Shown here in pieces: positions 20,574-32,793 of a stretch of DNA of 64,000 nt. The translations under genes were made by a program, and so were the position numbers. The DNA is from Candidatus Eiseniibacteriota bacterium (lineage in GTDB: Bacteria > Eisenbacteria > RBG-16-71-46). The first letter of the stretch is position 1; every line of letters begins with the position of its first letter. The notes beneath the pieces are model-generated. The model did no database searches. It was not told where the DNA came from and worked only from the letters and a program-made list of their open reading frames with translations. The stretch lies in contig JBGPFC010000024.1 of the NCBI GenBank assembly GCA_041483195.1, positions 1-64,000 on the forward strand, written 5' to 3'.

Positions 20574-21683
20574 TCACGCGCTCTGCCCCCACGGCACCAG
20601 CACCACCTTCCCCGCCGACCCCGAGCGCAGCAGTCCGATCGCCTCCTCGAAGCGCTCCATCGGCATCACGTGCGTGATCGCCGGCCGCACGTCGAGGCGG
20701 CCGGTGCTCAGCAGATTGTCCATCTGGTACCAGGTCTGGTACATGCGCCGGCCGATGATGCCGTGGAGCGTCACGCCCTTGAAGATGAGCAGCCGGTTCC
20801 AGTCGAGATCGAACGGCTCCTTGGGCAGGCCGAGCAGCGAGAGCCGCCCGCCGTTGCGAAGCGCCGCGAGCCCGTCGCGCATCGCCTGCGGATTGCCCGA
20901 CATCTCGAGCACGCCGTCGAGTCCGCGGCCGGCGGTGAGCTCACGCACGCGATCGACGAAGCTCTCCTTCGACACGTCGACCACGGCATCGGCCTTCATC
21001 CGCCGCGCGAGCTCGAGCCGGTAGGCCGAGACGTCGCTCGCGATGACCTGGCACGCCCCGGCGGCGCGCGCGACCGCGATCGCGAACAGCCCGATCGGGC
21101 CGCAGCCCGTGACCGCGATCCGGCACCCCGAGAGATCGCCGGCGAAGGCGGTGTGCACGGCGTTGCCCAGCGGCTCCATGATGCCCTGCACCTCGATCGG
21201 GATGTTGGCCGGCGCGCGCCAGGCGTTCGAGACCGGCACGCACACGTACTCCGCGAACCCGCCGTTCACGTCGACGCCGAGAATCCTGGTGTTCTCGCAG
21301 ACGTGCCCGTTGCCGGTGCGGCACGCCGTGCAGTGCCCGCACACGATGTGGCTCTCGCACGACACCCGCTCGCCCAGCTCGAATTCGCTCACCCCCGCGC
21401 CGCGCTCGACGATCTCGCCGACGAACTCGTGGCCGAGGGTGACCGGCGGGCGGATGCGGCCCTGTGACCAGCGGTCCCAGGTGTGGATGTGGAGATCGGT
21501 GCCGCACACGCCGGCGCGGAGCACGCGGAGCAGCAGTTCGCCGGGGCCGCACGCGGGAACCGGAACTTCCCGGATCTCGGCGCCCGGCCCCGGCGCGGCC
21601 TTCACGACCGCCCGCATCGTGCGGGCTCGAACCGTATCGGAGGCTTTCAGGGTCTCGGTCACAGCGGGCAAAGTCGGATTCAT
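20574..21683 (-). CDS. tdh: L-threonine 3-dehydrogenase (Zn-dependent)
   Basis: [46 protein letters not shown]; adjacent to kbl. Alternative start at 21617. Confidence 0.93.
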   Translation of the reverse strand: MNPTLPAVTETLKASDTVRARTMRAVVKAAPGPGAEIREVPVPACGPGELLLRVLRAGVCGTDLHIHTWDRWSQGRIRPPVTLGHEFVGEIVERGAGVSEFELGERVSCESHIVCGHCTACRTGNGHVCENTRILGVDVNGGFAEYVCVPVSNAWRAPANIPIEVQGIMEPLGNAVHTAFAGDLSGCRIAVTGCGPIGLFAIAVARAAGACQVIASDVSAYRLELARRMKADAVVDVSKESFVDRVRELTAGRGLDGVLEMSGNPQAMRDGLAALRNGGRLSLLGLPKEPFDLDWNRLLIFKGVTLHGIIGRRMYQTWYQMDNLLSTGRLDVRPAITHVMPMERFEEAIGLLRSGSAGKVVLVPWGQSA

Positions 21684-24574
21684 GGTCTCAGCACCTGGCG
21701 CAGGGCCTCTCCCGTGTGAGACCCCCGCGCGCGCGCCACCGCTTCGGGAGTCCCCGCGGCCACCACGCTTCCGCCGCGATCACCACCCTCCGGGCCCAGA
21801 TCGATCAGCCAGTCGGCGCACTTGACGACGTCGAGCTGGTGCTCGATCACGACCACGGTGTTCCCCCGATCCACGAGCGCCTGCAGCACCTCCAGCAGCA
21901 CCCGGACATCCTCGAAATGGAGACCCGTGGTGGGCTCGTCGAGAATGTACAGCGTCCGGCCGGTGGCCACACGCGAGAGCTCGGTCGCGAGCTTGACACG
22001 CTGCGCCTCGCCCCCCGAGAGCGTGGTCGCCGACTGGCCGAGATGAATGTATCCCAGCCCGACGCCCTTCAGGGTCTCGAGCTTGCGCCGGATGGGCGGG
22101 ATCGCTCCCAGGAATTCGAGTCCCTCCTCGACCGTCATCTCGAGCACGTCGGCGATCGAGCGCCCGCGCATCATGACCTCGAGCGTCTCGCGGTTGTAGC
22201 GCCGCCCGTGGCACAGGTCGCATCGCACGAAGACGTCGGGCAGAAAGTGCATTTCGATCTTCTTCAGGCCGTCGCCCTGGCAGCCCTCGCAGCGTCCACC
22301 CTTCACGTTGAACGAGAAGCGGCCGGGGCCGTAACCGCGCACCTTCGCCTCCGGCAGCTTCGCGAACAGGTCGCGAATGAACCCGAAGGTTCCCGTGTAG
22401 GTCGCGGGATTCGAGCGCGGCGTGCGCCCGATCGGGCTCTGGTCGATCGCCACCACCTTGTCGAGGTGCTCGATTCCGCGGAGCGCGCGATGCGCGCCGG
22501 GCAGCGGCCCGCTGTCGCCGAAGTGACGACCGAGCGCGGCGAGCAGGATGTCGTTCACCAGCGTGCTCTTCCCGGAGCCCGAAACGCCGGTGACGCACAC
22601 GAAGGCTCCGAGCGGAAGGCGCACGTCGATGTCGCGCAGGTTGTGCGCGGTGGCGCCCTCGATCTCGATCGCGAAACCGTGGCCCGCGCGCCTGCGGCCG
22701 GGCACCGGGATGGTCCGCGCGCCCGTCAGGTAGCGGGCGGTGAGCGATGCTTCGACGCCGCGCACCGCCTCGGGCCTCCCGGCCGCGACCACCGTGCCGC
22801 CGTGCCGTCCGGCGCCCGGCCCGAGATCGACGAGCCAGTCCGCGGCCTCCATGGTGTCGCGATCGTGCTCCACCACCACCACGGTGTTGCCGAGATCGCG
22901 GAGCCGGAGCAGCGTCGCGAGCAACTTCTGATTGTCGCGGTGATGCAGGCCGATCGACGGCTCGTCGAGGATGTAGAGCACGCCGGTGAGCTGCGAGCCG
23001 ATCTGGGTCGCGAGCCGGATGCGCTGCGCCTCGCCCCCCGCGAGCGTCTGGGCCGGGCGATCGAGCGTGAGATACCCGAGGCCGACGTCCTCGAGGAACG
23101 CGAGCCGGCTCTGGAGCTCCTTGAGGACCGGCCGCGCGATGGTGGCCCGCGATCCCTCGAACGCGAGCGCGCCGATCTCACGGCGCGCAGCCTCGACCGG
23201 CAGGGCCGCCCAGTCCGAGATGTTGCGGTCCGCGATGCGAACCGCGAGGCTCTCCGGGCGCAGCCGCCTTCCGCCGCACGACGGGCAGGGGGTGGCGTGC
23301 ATCAGGCTCCCGATCCAGCGCCGCACGGATTCACTCGCGCTCGCCTTGTAGCGCCGCTCGAGATTGGGAATCACCCCCTCGAAGCGGCTCTTGTGAATGA
23401 AGGCCGAGCCCTTCGCGGTGCGGAACTCGAACCGCAACTCCTCGTCGCCGGATCCATGGAGCAGCAGCTTCTGAACGCGCGGGGCGAGCCGGCTCCACGG
23501 CCGCTTGAGCGAGAACTCGAAGCGCTTCGCGAGCGCCTTGAGCGTCCCCCCCACCCAGGTCCCACCCGCGTCGCCCCATGCCGCGATCGCTCCGCCCTCG
23601 ATGCTTCTGGTGGGGTCGGGCACGACCCGCGCGGGATCGATCTCGAGACGCGTGCCGAGGCCGTCGCACGACGCGCACGCGCCGTACGGCGAATTGAACG
23701 AGAAGCTCCGCGGCTCGAGCGTCTCGACGCTGGTGCCGCAGTTCGGGCAGACCGCGCCCTGGCTCAGGACCAGATCCTCCTGGCCTTCGCGCGCCGCGCT
23801 CGCCAGCCCGTTTCCCAGCTTGAGCGCCGCCTCGAGCGATTCCGCGAGCCGCGCCCGCGCCGCGAGGTCGACGGTCAGGCGGTCGACCACGATCTCGATG
23901 TCGTGCCGGAGCGTGCGCTTCAGTTTCGGAGGATCGTCGAGCTCCACCCACGCGCCGTCGATGCGCGCGCGCAGGTAGCCCTGGCGCAGGGCGCTCTCGA
24001 GCTCCTTGCGGTACTCGCCCTTGCGTCCCCTCACCAGCGGCGCCAGCAGCGTGACGCGCGCGCCCGCGTGGCGCTCGATCAGCAGGTCGGTCATCTCGTC
24101 CAGGCTCTGGCGGCTCATGCGGGTGTCGCACTTCGGGCAGTGCTGCACCCCGAGCCGCGCGAACAGCAGGCGGAGGTAGTCGTAGATCTCGGTGATGGTC
24201 GCGACGGTGGAACGCGGATTCGAGCCCGCGCTGCGCTGTTCGATCGCGATCGCGGGGCTCAGGCCCTCGATCGCGTCGACGTCCGGCTTCTCCATCTGTC
24301 CGAGAAACTGCCGCGCGTAAGCCGACAGCGACTCGACGTAGCGGCGCTGCCCCTCGGCGTAGAGCGTGTCGAAGGCGAGCGAGGACTTGCCGGAACCCGA
24401 GACCCCGGTGATCACGATCAGGCTCTGCCGCGGGAGCGTCAGCGAGATGTTGCGCAGATTGTGCTCGCGCGCGCCCCGGATCACGATGTCGGCGAGCCCC
24501 CGGACCCCCACCGGGCGGAGGGGGCCGGAGTGTGCCTCGGCCTGGGGCGGGTTCGGATCGAGGGATCGGGACAT
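21680..24574 (-). CDS. uvrA: Excinuclease ABC subunit A
   Basis: [30 protein letters not shown], Zn fingers, second Walker [24 protein letters not shown]. Confidence 0.97.
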   Translation of the reverse strand: MSRSLDPNPPQAEAHSGPLRPVGVRGLADIVIRGAREHNLRNISLTLPRQSLIVITGVSGSGKSSLAFDTLYAEGQRRYVESLSAYARQFLGQMEKPDVDAIEGLSPAIAIEQRSAGSNPRSTVATITEIYDYLRLLFARLGVQHCPKCDTRMSRQSLDEMTDLLIERHAGARVTLLAPLVRGRKGEYRKELESALRQGYLRARIDGAWVELDDPPKLKRTLRHDIEIVVDRLTVDLAARARLAESLEAALKLGNGLASAAREGQEDLVLSQGAVCPNCGTSVETLEPRSFSFNSPYGACASCDGLGTRLEIDPARVVPDPTRSIEGGAIAAWGDAGGTWVGGTLKALAKRFEFSLKRPWSRLAPRVQKLLLHGSGDEELRFEFRTAKGSAFIHKSRFEGVIPNLERRYKASASESVRRWIGSLMHATPCPSCGGRRLRPESLAVRIADRNISDWAALPVEAARREIGALAFEGSRATIARPVLKELQSRLAFLEDVGLGYLTLDRPAQTLAGGEAQRIRLATQIGSQLTGVLYILDEPSIGLHHRDNQKLLATLLRLRDLGNTVVVVEHDRDTMEAADWLVDLGPGAGRHGGTVVAAGRPEAVRGVEASLTARYLTGARTIPVPGRRRAGHGFAIEIEGATAHNLRDIDVRLPLGAFVCVTGVSGSGKSTLVNDILLAALGRHFGDSGPLPGAHRALRGIEHLDKVVAIDQSPIGRTPRSNPATYTGTFGFIRDLFAKLPEAKVRGYGPGRFSFNVKGGRCEGCQGDGLKKIEMHFLPDVFVRCDLCHGRRYNRETLEVMMRGRSIADVLEMTVEEGLEFLGAIPPIRRKLETLKGVGLGYIHLGQSATTLSGGEAQRVKLATELSRVATGRTLYILDEPTTGLHFEDVRVLLEVLQALVDRGNTVVVIEHQLDVVKCADWLIDLGPEGGDRGGSVVAAGTPEAVARARGSHTGEALRQVLRP

Positions 24575-24628
24575 GGCCGCGGAACTGTATCAGGTCGGGG
24601 AAGGCAGGGCCGCCCTTAGGCGCGGCGG

Positions 24629-25897
24629 TCACTCGTAGCGGAGCGAGTCGACCGGATCGAGACGCGAGGCGCGCATCGCGGGGTAGAAGCCGAAGAACAC
24701 GCCGACCGCGGCCGAGAACAGGATCGCGAGCACCACCGACCACGGGGACACGTAGGTCGGAAGCTTGCTGAGGGCGTGGACCAGCCACGAGACGCTCGCC
24801 CCGAGCAGGATGCCGAGCACTCCGCCGGCGGCGGTGAGGATGACGGCTTCGATCAGGAACTGGGTGAGAATCGCCTTGCGCGGGGCGCCCAGCGCCTTGC
24901 GGACCCCGATCTCGCGGGTGCGCTCCGTGACCGCCACCAGCATGATGTTCATGATGCCGATCCCGCCCACGATCAGCGAGATCGACGAGACCAGCGTCAT
25001 GAGCAGCACGATGCCCCCGGTGACGGCCTTGTAGATCCCCAGGAACGCGTCGTCTGTGAACACCACGAAATCGTTGTTCTTGTTGCTCGGCAGGTGCCGG
25101 CGGATGCGGAGCGCCTCCGTGATCTGGCGCTGCGCCTCCTCGCTCAGCTCTGGCGACACGGCGATCGCGTCGAGGAACAGCTCGCCGCGCTTCGGGAACC
25201 ACGGCGGCGCGTCGGCGGGAACCGCGAAATACTTGTCGATGGTGGTGTAGGGAATCGCGGCGACCTCGTCGAAGTTGTTCCCCAGCATCTTCCCCTTCTT
25301 CTCGAACTCGCCGATCACGACGAAGGGGATGGTACCGATGTGGATCATCTCCCCGATCCCGCTCCGGTCGCCGAACAGCGCCTCGCGGCTGTCCTTGCCC
25401 AGCACCACGACGCTGGCGTTGCGCCGCACCTCCTCCTCCGTGAAGAAGCGGCCGCGCGCGAGATCGTAACCGTGGGTGACGAGATAGTCCTGGCTGGTGC
25501 CGTAGATGAACGTGGTGCGGGTGAGCTTGCCGCGGTAGCCGAGCCGCAGATCGTCCCACGGCCACTTGAACGGGGCGATCGCCCTCACCGCCGGCGAGCG
25601 ATCGAGGATGGCGTGCGCGTCCTCCATCGTGAAGGCGCGGCGCTGCTTCAGGCTGTCGGGGATCCCGCCGTTGAACTGGATCCCGGGCCGGATCCGGCGG
25701 ATGTAGATGGTGTTGTTCCCGAGCGACTGGATGCTCTGCTGGAACGAGCGCTGGAATCCATTGATCAGCGCCACCATTCCGATCACGGTGCCGACGCCGA
25801 TCACGATGCCGAGCATCGCGAGGAACGAGCGCAGCCGGTTCGCGACCAGCGCGTTCGCCGACATGCCCAGCGCGTCCGAGATGCGGGTCAGGTCCAT
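24629..25897 (-). CDS. MacB/FtsX-family ABC transporter permease
   Basis: NRLRSFLAMLGIVIGV, GGIGIMNIMLVAVTERTREIGVRKALGA, LDPVDSLRYE. Confidence 0.92.
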   Translation of the reverse strand: MDLTRISDALGMSANALVANRLRSFLAMLGIVIGVGTVIGMVALINGFQRSFQQSIQSLGNNTIYIRRIRPGIQFNGGIPDSLKQRRAFTMEDAHAILDRSPAVRAIAPFKWPWDDLRLGYRGKLTRTTFIYGTSQDYLVTHGYDLARGRFFTEEEVRRNASVVVLGKDSREALFGDRSGIGEMIHIGTIPFVVIGEFEKKGKMLGNNFDEVAAIPYTTIDKYFAVPADAPPWFPKRGELFLDAIAVSPELSEEAQRQITEALRIRRHLPSNKNNDFVVFTDDAFLGIYKAVTGGIVLLMTLVSSISLIVGGIGIMNIMLVAVTERTREIGVRKALGAPRKAILTQFLIEAVILTAAGGVLGILLGASVSWLVHALSKLPTYVSPWSVVLAILFSAAVGVFFGFYPAMRASRLDPVDSLRYE

Positions 25898-25900
25898 GGC

Positions 25901-27121
25901 TTACTCGTAGCGCAGCGCTTCGATGGGATCGAGCCGCGCCGCGCGCATCGCGGGGTACGAACCGAAGAAGACGCCGATGGCGGTCGACATCACGATCCCC
26001 ATCACCACCGCCGGCCAGCTCACCGCGGCCGGCAGCGGGCTCAGCACGCCGACCAGCAGCGCGAGCGAGATGCCGGCGACGATGCCGATCGCCCCGCCGG
26101 TGAGCGAGAGGGTCGTCGACTCCACCAGGAATTGCGTGAGGATGTCGCGGCGCCGCGCGCCGAGCGCCTTGCGCACACCGATCTCCCGGGTGCGCTCCGT
26201 CACCGAGACCAGCATGATGTTCATGATGACGATCCCCCCCACCAGCAGCGAGATGGCCGCGACGCCGACCGTCACCACGAAGATGCCGCCCGTGAGGTTC
26301 TTCCACAGGTCCATCAGCGTGTCGGCGGTCGTGATCCCGAAATCGTCGGGCTTCCCGGCCGCGAGATGCCGGTGGCCGCGGAGCAGCGCGCGGATCTCCT
26401 GCTGCGCGAGCGCCAGCGACGCCTGATCGACGCTCTTGACCGCGACCGCGACCGAGCCCCGTTCGCGATTGTACTTCTCGAAGGTCTGGATCGGGATGTA
26501 CACGACGCGATCCTGGCTGCGGCCGAGCAGCTTGCCCTTCTCCTCGAGCACCCCCACGACTCGAAATTGCTGCGGCCCCACCCGGATCTGCTTGCCGAGC
26601 GGATCGATCCCGGGGAAGAACTCGTCGACGATCTCGGTCCCGATCACGCACACCAGCTCGCGGTGCTGGTCGTCGAGTTCGCCGAGATGGCGGCCGGACT
26701 CGATGGTGAGATCGTCCACCACGTCGTAGCCCGCCCCGCGGCCCATGACATCGACGCCCTTCAGCCGCTTGGAACGGTAGCGAACGTCGGCGCGCCCCTC
26801 GTCCATCGCCACCACCATCTCGACGTGAGGCAGCGACGCGCCCCGGATGAAATCGGCGTCGTACATCGTGATGTCCGGGCGCTTGAGCGCGTCGAGGTAT
26901 GCCTGCTGCGTGGCGATCAGTCCGAACTTGTCGACCCAGAACACGTTCGCGCCGGCGTTCAGGAGCTTGGTCGAGACGAAGCGATTGAGGCCCTCGACGA
27001 AGGAGAGCACGGCGATGACCGAGGCGACGCCGATGATGGTGCCCAGCAGGGTGAGGAAGGAACGCAGCTTGTTCGCGCGCAACGCGCCCAGTGCGATCCC
27101 GGAACTCTCGCGCAAGTTCAT
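25901..27121 (-). CDS. MacB/FtsX-family ABC transporter permease
   Basis: NKLRSFLTLLGTIIGV, GGIVIMNIMLVSVTERTREIG, LDPIEALRYE. Confidence 0.92.
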   Translation of the reverse strand: MNLRESSGIALGALRANKLRSFLTLLGTIIGVASVIAVLSFVEGLNRFVSTKLLNAGANVFWVDKFGLIATQQAYLDALKRPDITMYDADFIRGASLPHVEMVVAMDEGRADVRYRSKRLKGVDVMGRGAGYDVVDDLTIESGRHLGELDDQHRELVCVIGTEIVDEFFPGIDPLGKQIRVGPQQFRVVGVLEEKGKLLGRSQDRVVYIPIQTFEKYNRERGSVAVAVKSVDQASLALAQQEIRALLRGHRHLAAGKPDDFGITTADTLMDLWKNLTGGIFVVTVGVAAISLLVGGIVIMNIMLVSVTERTREIGVRKALGARRRDILTQFLVESTTLSLTGGAIGIVAGISLALLVGVLSPLPAAVSWPAVVMGIVMSTAIGVFFGSYPAMRAARLDPIEALRYE

Positions 27122-27157
27122 CGATTCCTCCCGCCGGCCTGGCCGGCGGCGGCCCGC

Positions 27158-27858
<701 letters not shown>

Positions 27859-27859
<1 letters not shown>

Positions 27860-29145
27860 CAGCCCTTCTTCTCTCGCGCGGCCGCGTTTTCCTGTTTGAC
27901 CTTGGTCTTGGGCTTCAGGTCCCTCAGCGCCTTGTACGGCCCCGCCACGATCGATTCCCCCTCCTTCAGATCGCCGAAGCATTCGATGTCGGTCTCGCTC
28001 GAAATCCCGGTGCGCACCGGCACGAACACGGCGACGCCCTGGCGGACCACGAACAGGCCGGTGATCTCCTTGTCCTTGCGCCCGACCGTGTCCTCATCGG
28101 CGGCGACCACCGCCGCGCTCCGCGGGCGCCGCGGCGGCGCACCCTTCCGGTTGGCGCGTTCGAGCTCGCGCTCGGTGCGCACCACGACCGCCTGGATCGG
28201 GACTCCGAGGGTCTTCGGGTGCGTCGCGGTCTCGATCTCGACGTCGGCGGTCATGCCCGGGCGAACCGCGGGAACATTCGCGTCGAACACCACCTTGACC
28301 TCGAAGTTCGTCTGCCCCTCGACCGTGGAGGTGATCGACCGCTTCGCGGTGCTCCCGATCTCGGTCACGGTGCCGGCAAACGTCGTGTCGGGCTGCGCGT
28401 CCACCGAGATCTTCGCCTTCTGTCCCAGCTTCATCTCCACCACGTCGGTCTCGTCGACATCCGCGCGCACCAGCATGCGCGACAGGTCCGAAACCACCAG
28501 GATCTGCGTCCCGGGATTGTTCATGGTTCCGGTGATGACGTTTTCGCCCTGCTCCACGTTCAGCGCGCTCACCACCCCGTCGAACGGAGCCAGGAAGCGG
28601 CACTTGCTCAGGTTGTCGCTCGCCCCCTCGTACGCGGCCTGGGAGCGGGCCACCTCCTCGCGCGCCGTCGCGACCGCGACCCGAGCCGATTCGTAATTCG
28701 AGCTCGCCTGGTCCCATTCGGCCTGGGAAAGCAGGTGCTGATCGAACAGCGCCCGCTGCCGCGAGTAGTTCGCGTCGACGACCTTGAGGGTGGCCTCCAC
28801 GTCGCGGAGCCGGGCCTCGGCGGAGGCGTGGGCGGCGCGCGCCTGCGCCGTCGCGGAGCGGTATTGGGTGTCGTCGAGCTGCAGCAGCAGCTGCCCCTTG
28901 CGCACCCGATCCCCTTCCTTGATCGGCAGCGCCGTGATCTTGCCCATGACGTCCGCGCTGACCTTGACCTGGGTGCGCGGCTCGATCTTGCCGGGCGCGC
29001 GCACCCGCGAGGTGATGTCCTCGCGGCGCACGCGCGAGAACTGCACCGAGACCATCTTGCCGCCCGCCTGCCGCACCACGCTGACGACGACCAGCGCGAG
29101 GGTCAGCACGACGGCCAGCCCGATCCAGATCCATTTCTTCTTCAT
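27859..29145 (-). CDS. MacA-like periplasmic adaptor (membrane fusion protein)
   Basis: N-terminal [15 protein letters not shown], coiled coil, APFDGVV, VDETDV, RPGMTA. Confidence 0.92.
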
Positions 29146-29170
29146 GGGACGAGGGTTCCTCTCGAGCGGA

Positions 29171-30541
29171 TCACTCGGCGTGCCCGCGGACGCGGTCGAC
29201 CTGCGCTTCTCCGACGCGGATCGCGGCGAGTGCAGAGACCCCGTCGCTTCGGGCCTGCTGGAGCTGCACCTGGGCGTCGATGAGCTCGAGAATCGTCGCG
29301 GAACCCACGCTGTACTTCTGCTGGGTCAGCTTGAGGTTTTCGGTCGCGCTGTCGATCGCGCGCTGTGCGACGTTGTAGCCCACCACCACCTCGCGATAGG
29401 TCAGCAGCGTCTGGCGCACCTCGCCCGCGAGGTTGCGCTGCAGCAGCCCGAACGAGTCCTGGGCGCGCAGCAGCCGGGCGCGCGCGTGGGCGATCCCCGA
29501 CTCGGTCGCGAGCCCGTTGAACGGATTCCAGGTGATCGAGATGTCCGCCCGGTAATCGCGATGGAGCTCGCTCCGGCCCGAGCTCTCGATCGGCTTCGGG
29601 AGCTTCACGCCGACCGTGTCGAACGTGGTGGTCGTGAAGCTGGATTTCGGATTCAGGTCCGCCGACCCCGAGACCGAGAGGTACGGCAGCCGCGCGAAGT
29701 TCGCGGCCCGCAGCCCGGCGCGCGCGGCCTTGAGCTCGGCCTCGGCCGCCATGAGATCCGGCCGCGACTTCTGGGCCTCGGCCAGCACCGCCCCCTCGTC
29801 ATAGTCCTGCGCGGTGAAGGTGATGACGGTGTCGACGTCGCTCAATTGGCCCTCGTCGATGCCGAGCGCGGTCGAGAGGTTGATGCGCTGCTGGCTGATC
29901 TGGTTGTGCTTCCCGAGCGAGTCGAGCTCGCTCTGTGCCGTGCGCACCTGGGCCTTCAGCACGTCGCTGCGCGAAACGGATCCCACCTCGAACAGCGCAC
30001 GCACCCGGTGCTCGTTGTCGCGCGAGAGCCGCAGCGCGTCGCTCGAGACCCCCGCCAGCTGTACCGCCTTCACGACCTCGTAGTACTTCCGCCTCGCGTC
30101 CAGCGCCACGTCCTGGCGCGCCGCGCGCCGCGAGAGTTGCGCGGCCTTGAGTCCCAGCCGCGACGAAGACAGCCCGGTGAGGGAGGAGAGGTTCAGGACC
30201 GTCCACGATGCCGAGACCGACGGCGAGCTCGAGTACTGCTCGAGGTCCTGGGTGTTCCCCGGCACGACGAAGCCCGCGAACGCCCGGCTTCCGCTGCGAT
30301 GATCTTCCTTGTAGAGGCTGCGCGAGAAATCGGCGGAGAGCCGCGGCAGCATCTGGGAATAGCTCGTGTAGAGACCGCCGCGCGCGTCGAGGACGGAAGC
30401 CTCGGCCTGCACCACCTGCGCGTTGTTCGCGAGGGCCATCTGGACGGCCCGATCCACCGTCAGGGTCTCCGCCGCGCTCGAAGCCGTCCACAGCCCGGCC
30501 GCCGCGAGCGCCAGCGGCACCGCTCGCCCCATGCTCGTCAT
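29171..30541 (-). CDS. TolC-family outer membrane efflux protein
   Basis: Start re-called at ATG 30541 after RBS GGAGG. Signal peptide, LTVDRAVQMALANN, FEVGSVSRSDVL, RPDL, YSVGSATILELIDAQ. Confidence 0.9.
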   Translation of the reverse strand: MTSMGRAVPLALAAAGLWTASSAAETLTVDRAVQMALANNAQVVQAEASVLDARGGLYTSYSQMLPRLSADFSRSLYKEDHRSGSRAFAGFVVPGNTQDLEQYSSSPSVSASWTVLNLSSLTGLSSSRLGLKAAQLSRRAARQDVALDARRKYYEVVKAVQLAGVSSDALRLSRDNEHRVRALFEVGSVSRSDVLKAQVRTAQSELDSLGKHNQISQQRINLSTALGIDEGQLSDVDTVITFTAQDYDEGAVLAEAQKSRPDLMAAEAELKAARAGLRAANFARLPYLSVSGSADLNPKSSFTTTTFDTVGVKLPKPIESSGRSELHRDYRADISITWNPFNGLATESGIAHARARLLRAQDSFGLLQRNLAGEVRQTLLTYREVVVGYNVAQRAIDSATENLKLTQQKYSVGSATILELIDAQVQLQQARSDGVSALAAIRVGEAQVDRVRGHAE

Positions 30542-30627
30542 GCATCCCTCCATCGTGGTCGCCGGCGGGCACGATCCCCGGGCGTGCTGGCTCCTACGCA
30601 TCCGTGTCAAATTGGTTTCGGGCGCCA

Positions 30628-31392
30628 TCAGGCGCCTGGCGCGAACAACCCCGCGAGCGCCGAAACGAAGAGCGTGATCGCCAGGTACAATCCGATGAGC
30701 ACCCACGCGACCGACTTTCGCGGCGCGCCGGCCAGCGCGGACGCCCCGAGAATCGCGACCGCCAGATGCCAGACCGAGAACGGGCCCAGCGCGTCGAGGA
30801 ACGCGCCGAGCGCTGTGATCATCTTGCTGGGCGGATCGGGGTCGGGCAGCAGCGCTCCGAACCCGACGTGGACCCCGTGATAGCTCTGTTTGAACCACGC
30901 GAGGACGAGCGTCACCAGATACGCGGGAAGGGTGACCAGCCCCGCCCACGCGCTCACTTCGAGCCCGAGCCGGTAACCGAAGGGCTTGCCCAGCACGAAT
31001 CCCACTCCGAACCACACCACCAGCCCCATGACCAGCAGGATCAGCCCGTAGCTCAGGGTTCCGATTCCCACCGTCATCGCCACGCCCGCCGGCGCCGAGT
31101 AGAAGTTTTCGATCTTCTCGAGCTGCTCGGCCGGCATCTGGCCATTCGCGACCTGGGTCTCGAGCGCCTCGATCATGGTCGGAAGCTGGGCGCGATGGTA
31201 GAGGACCAGCGATCCGGTCCCCGACACCACCATCGTCAGCACGAGCGGGAACCACCACTGGCTGCGCTCACGCAACCCGCCCCACGCGTCGGCCGGCCGC
31301 GCGAAGATCGCGATCGTTCTCTGCAGCAGGGAGAGGCTCGGAGCGTCCGGTGCAGACGCGCTGCTCGTCTCGGGCGGGGCGGACGATTCCAT
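30628..31392 (-). CDS. Yip1-family membrane protein (YknW-like)
   Basis: IFARPADAW...W N-terminal pattern and about 5 TM segments; directly upstream of the TolC-MacA-ABC genes. Confidence 0.72.
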   Translation of the reverse strand: MESSAPPETSSASAPDAPSLSLLQRTIAIFARPADAWGGLRERSQWWFPLVLTMVVSGTGSLVLYHRAQLPTMIEALETQVANGQMPAEQLEKIENFYSAPAGVAMTVGIGTLSYGLILLVMGLVVWFGVGFVLGKPFGYRLGLEVSAWAGLVTLPAYLVTLVLAWFKQSYHGVHVGFGALLPDPDPPSKMITALGAFLDALGPFSVWHLAVAILGASALAGAPRKSVAWVLIGLYLAITLFVSALAGLFAPGA

Positions 31393-31438
31393 ACGTGTCT
31401 CCTGGGGAAGGCGGCCGGGATCGGAGTCAGGGGAGCGG

Positions 31439-31468
31439 AGACTAGAAAGTCCGCGCCGCCCCCGTCAA
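31439..31468 (-). promoter_or_regulatory. Possible sigma70-like promoter of the Yip1-TolC-ABC operon
   Basis: TTGACG-N18-TAGTCT on the minus strand. Confidence 0.45.
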
Positions 31469-31558
31469 ATCGGTCGGGACCGGCGCGGACAATCAACCCC
31501 CCGGCGCGGCGGCGCGAGCCGCCCGGCCCGCGCGGGCGGGAACGGCGTGGCCCGGAGG

Positions 31559-32275
31559 CTAGTGGAGGGAGAACCTCACCGGCACGGCCACCCACACCGC
31601 CACCGGCTTGTTGTTGGAGAGCGCTGGCTTGAACACCCATTGCTTGACCGCCGCGACCGCGGCCTCATCCAGCATCGCGATCGACTTGACGACCCGCGTG
31701 TCCTTGACCCGCCCATCCTTGCCGACCAGCGCCTGCACCACGACCTGCCCGTCCACCCCCGCCTCGCGCGCGAGATCGGGATAGCTGGGCGGCACCTTGG
31801 TGATCGCTTCCGGAAGCTCTTCGACGTACACGTAGTCGCCGAACTTCGGCAGCTCGTCCTCGGACGGAGGCTGGACGACGATGTCGCCCTTGCCCTGCTC
31901 GACGCCGGGCGTGACCTGCGCGATCTCCTCCTGCGAAGCGATGGTCTGCTCGGGCGGCGCCTGCGCGTCCGGCACCGGAACCGCGACGCCGATGGTAGGC
32001 GGCGCGACCGGCTGCGCGATCGCCACCTGCGGAGGCGGCGCGTTCTGCGTGAGCGGCGGAGGCGCCGCGAGCTCACGGTACGGAACCACGATGACACTGG
32101 TCTCGTGGCTGCGGTGGCTCAGGAGCGCCGAGGTGCCGAACGACAGCGAGAACGCGAGGATCCAGCCCAGGCTCGCGATCCCCACGGCGCGGAACATGTA
32201 CTTCTTGGCGACTTCCTTGAGCTCGGGGGCCCCGTAGGGCATGAACTCATACAGCGAAATCGTGGGTGAGCTCAC
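31559..32275 (-). CDS. tonB: TonB-family energy transducer
   Basis: YGAPELK N-terminus, TM, Pro-rich linker, C-terminal PSYPDLAREAGVDGQVVV...WVFKPA...VPVRF. Confidence 0.9.
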   Translation of the reverse strand: MSSPTISLYEFMPYGAPELKEVAKKYMFRAVGIASLGWILAFSLSFGTSALLSHRSHETSVIVVPYRELAAPPPLTQNAPPPQVAIAQPVAPPTIGVAVPVPDAQAPPEQTIASQEEIAQVTPGVEQGKGDIVVQPPSEDELPKFGDYVYVEELPEAITKVPPSYPDLAREAGVDGQVVVQALVGKDGRVKDTRVVKSIAMLDEAAVAAVKQWVFKPALSNNKPVAVWVAVPVRFSLH

Positions 32276-32772
32276 AGCGTCTCGACCTCCTTCTTCTCCT
32301 GGGGCGTCAGCGTGCCCAGCGAGAAGCGGCTGAGATCGGCGAGATCGAGATCGTCGATGATCTTGACCATGTTGTTGAACTTCGCGTCGCGGTCGATCTT
32401 GATCACGACCACCAGGTCCTTGTTCGCGCGCCAGGGCTTGAACACCCCGGCCAGCCCGCCCAGGTCGGTACGCGCCCAGGGATCGGTCCCGTGCTTCCAG
32501 TACGCGCGATCGTCCGGCAGCACCCGCACGCTCAGCACTTTCGACTCCGCCACCTCGATCTTCACGTTTTCATCCGGCGGCAGGTTGATCTCGAGCGCCT
32601 GCGGCGTGCGGAACACCGTCGTCACCATGAAGAAGATCAGCAGCAGGAACGCGACGTCCACCATCGGGGTCATGTCGATCCGGACTCCGACGCGGCGCTT
32701 GGGCCGATGGACTCCTCCGCCCTTTTTCTTGCCGCCCTTTGCCTGTCGTTGCGGGGTGTCTACCGCACCCAT
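32272..32772 (-). CDS. exbD: ExbD/TolR family protein
   Basis: IDMTPMVDVAFLLLIFFMV with the conserved TM Asp. Confidence 0.9.
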   Translation of the reverse strand: MGAVDTPQRQAKGGKKKGGGVHRPKRRVGVRIDMTPMVDVAFLLLIFFMVTTVFRTPQALEINLPPDENVKIEVAESKVLSVRVLPDDRAYWKHGTDPWARTDLGGLAGVFKPWRANKDLVVVIKIDRDAKFNNMVKIIDDLDLADLSRFSLGTLTPQEKKEVETL

Positions 32773-32793
32773 GGTCGATCGCCTCCTCGCCGA

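Noticed and set aside
31500..31545. GC-rich hairpins downstream of tonB as a terminator
   Set aside because: No U-tract, and such stems arise easily by chance at this GC content.
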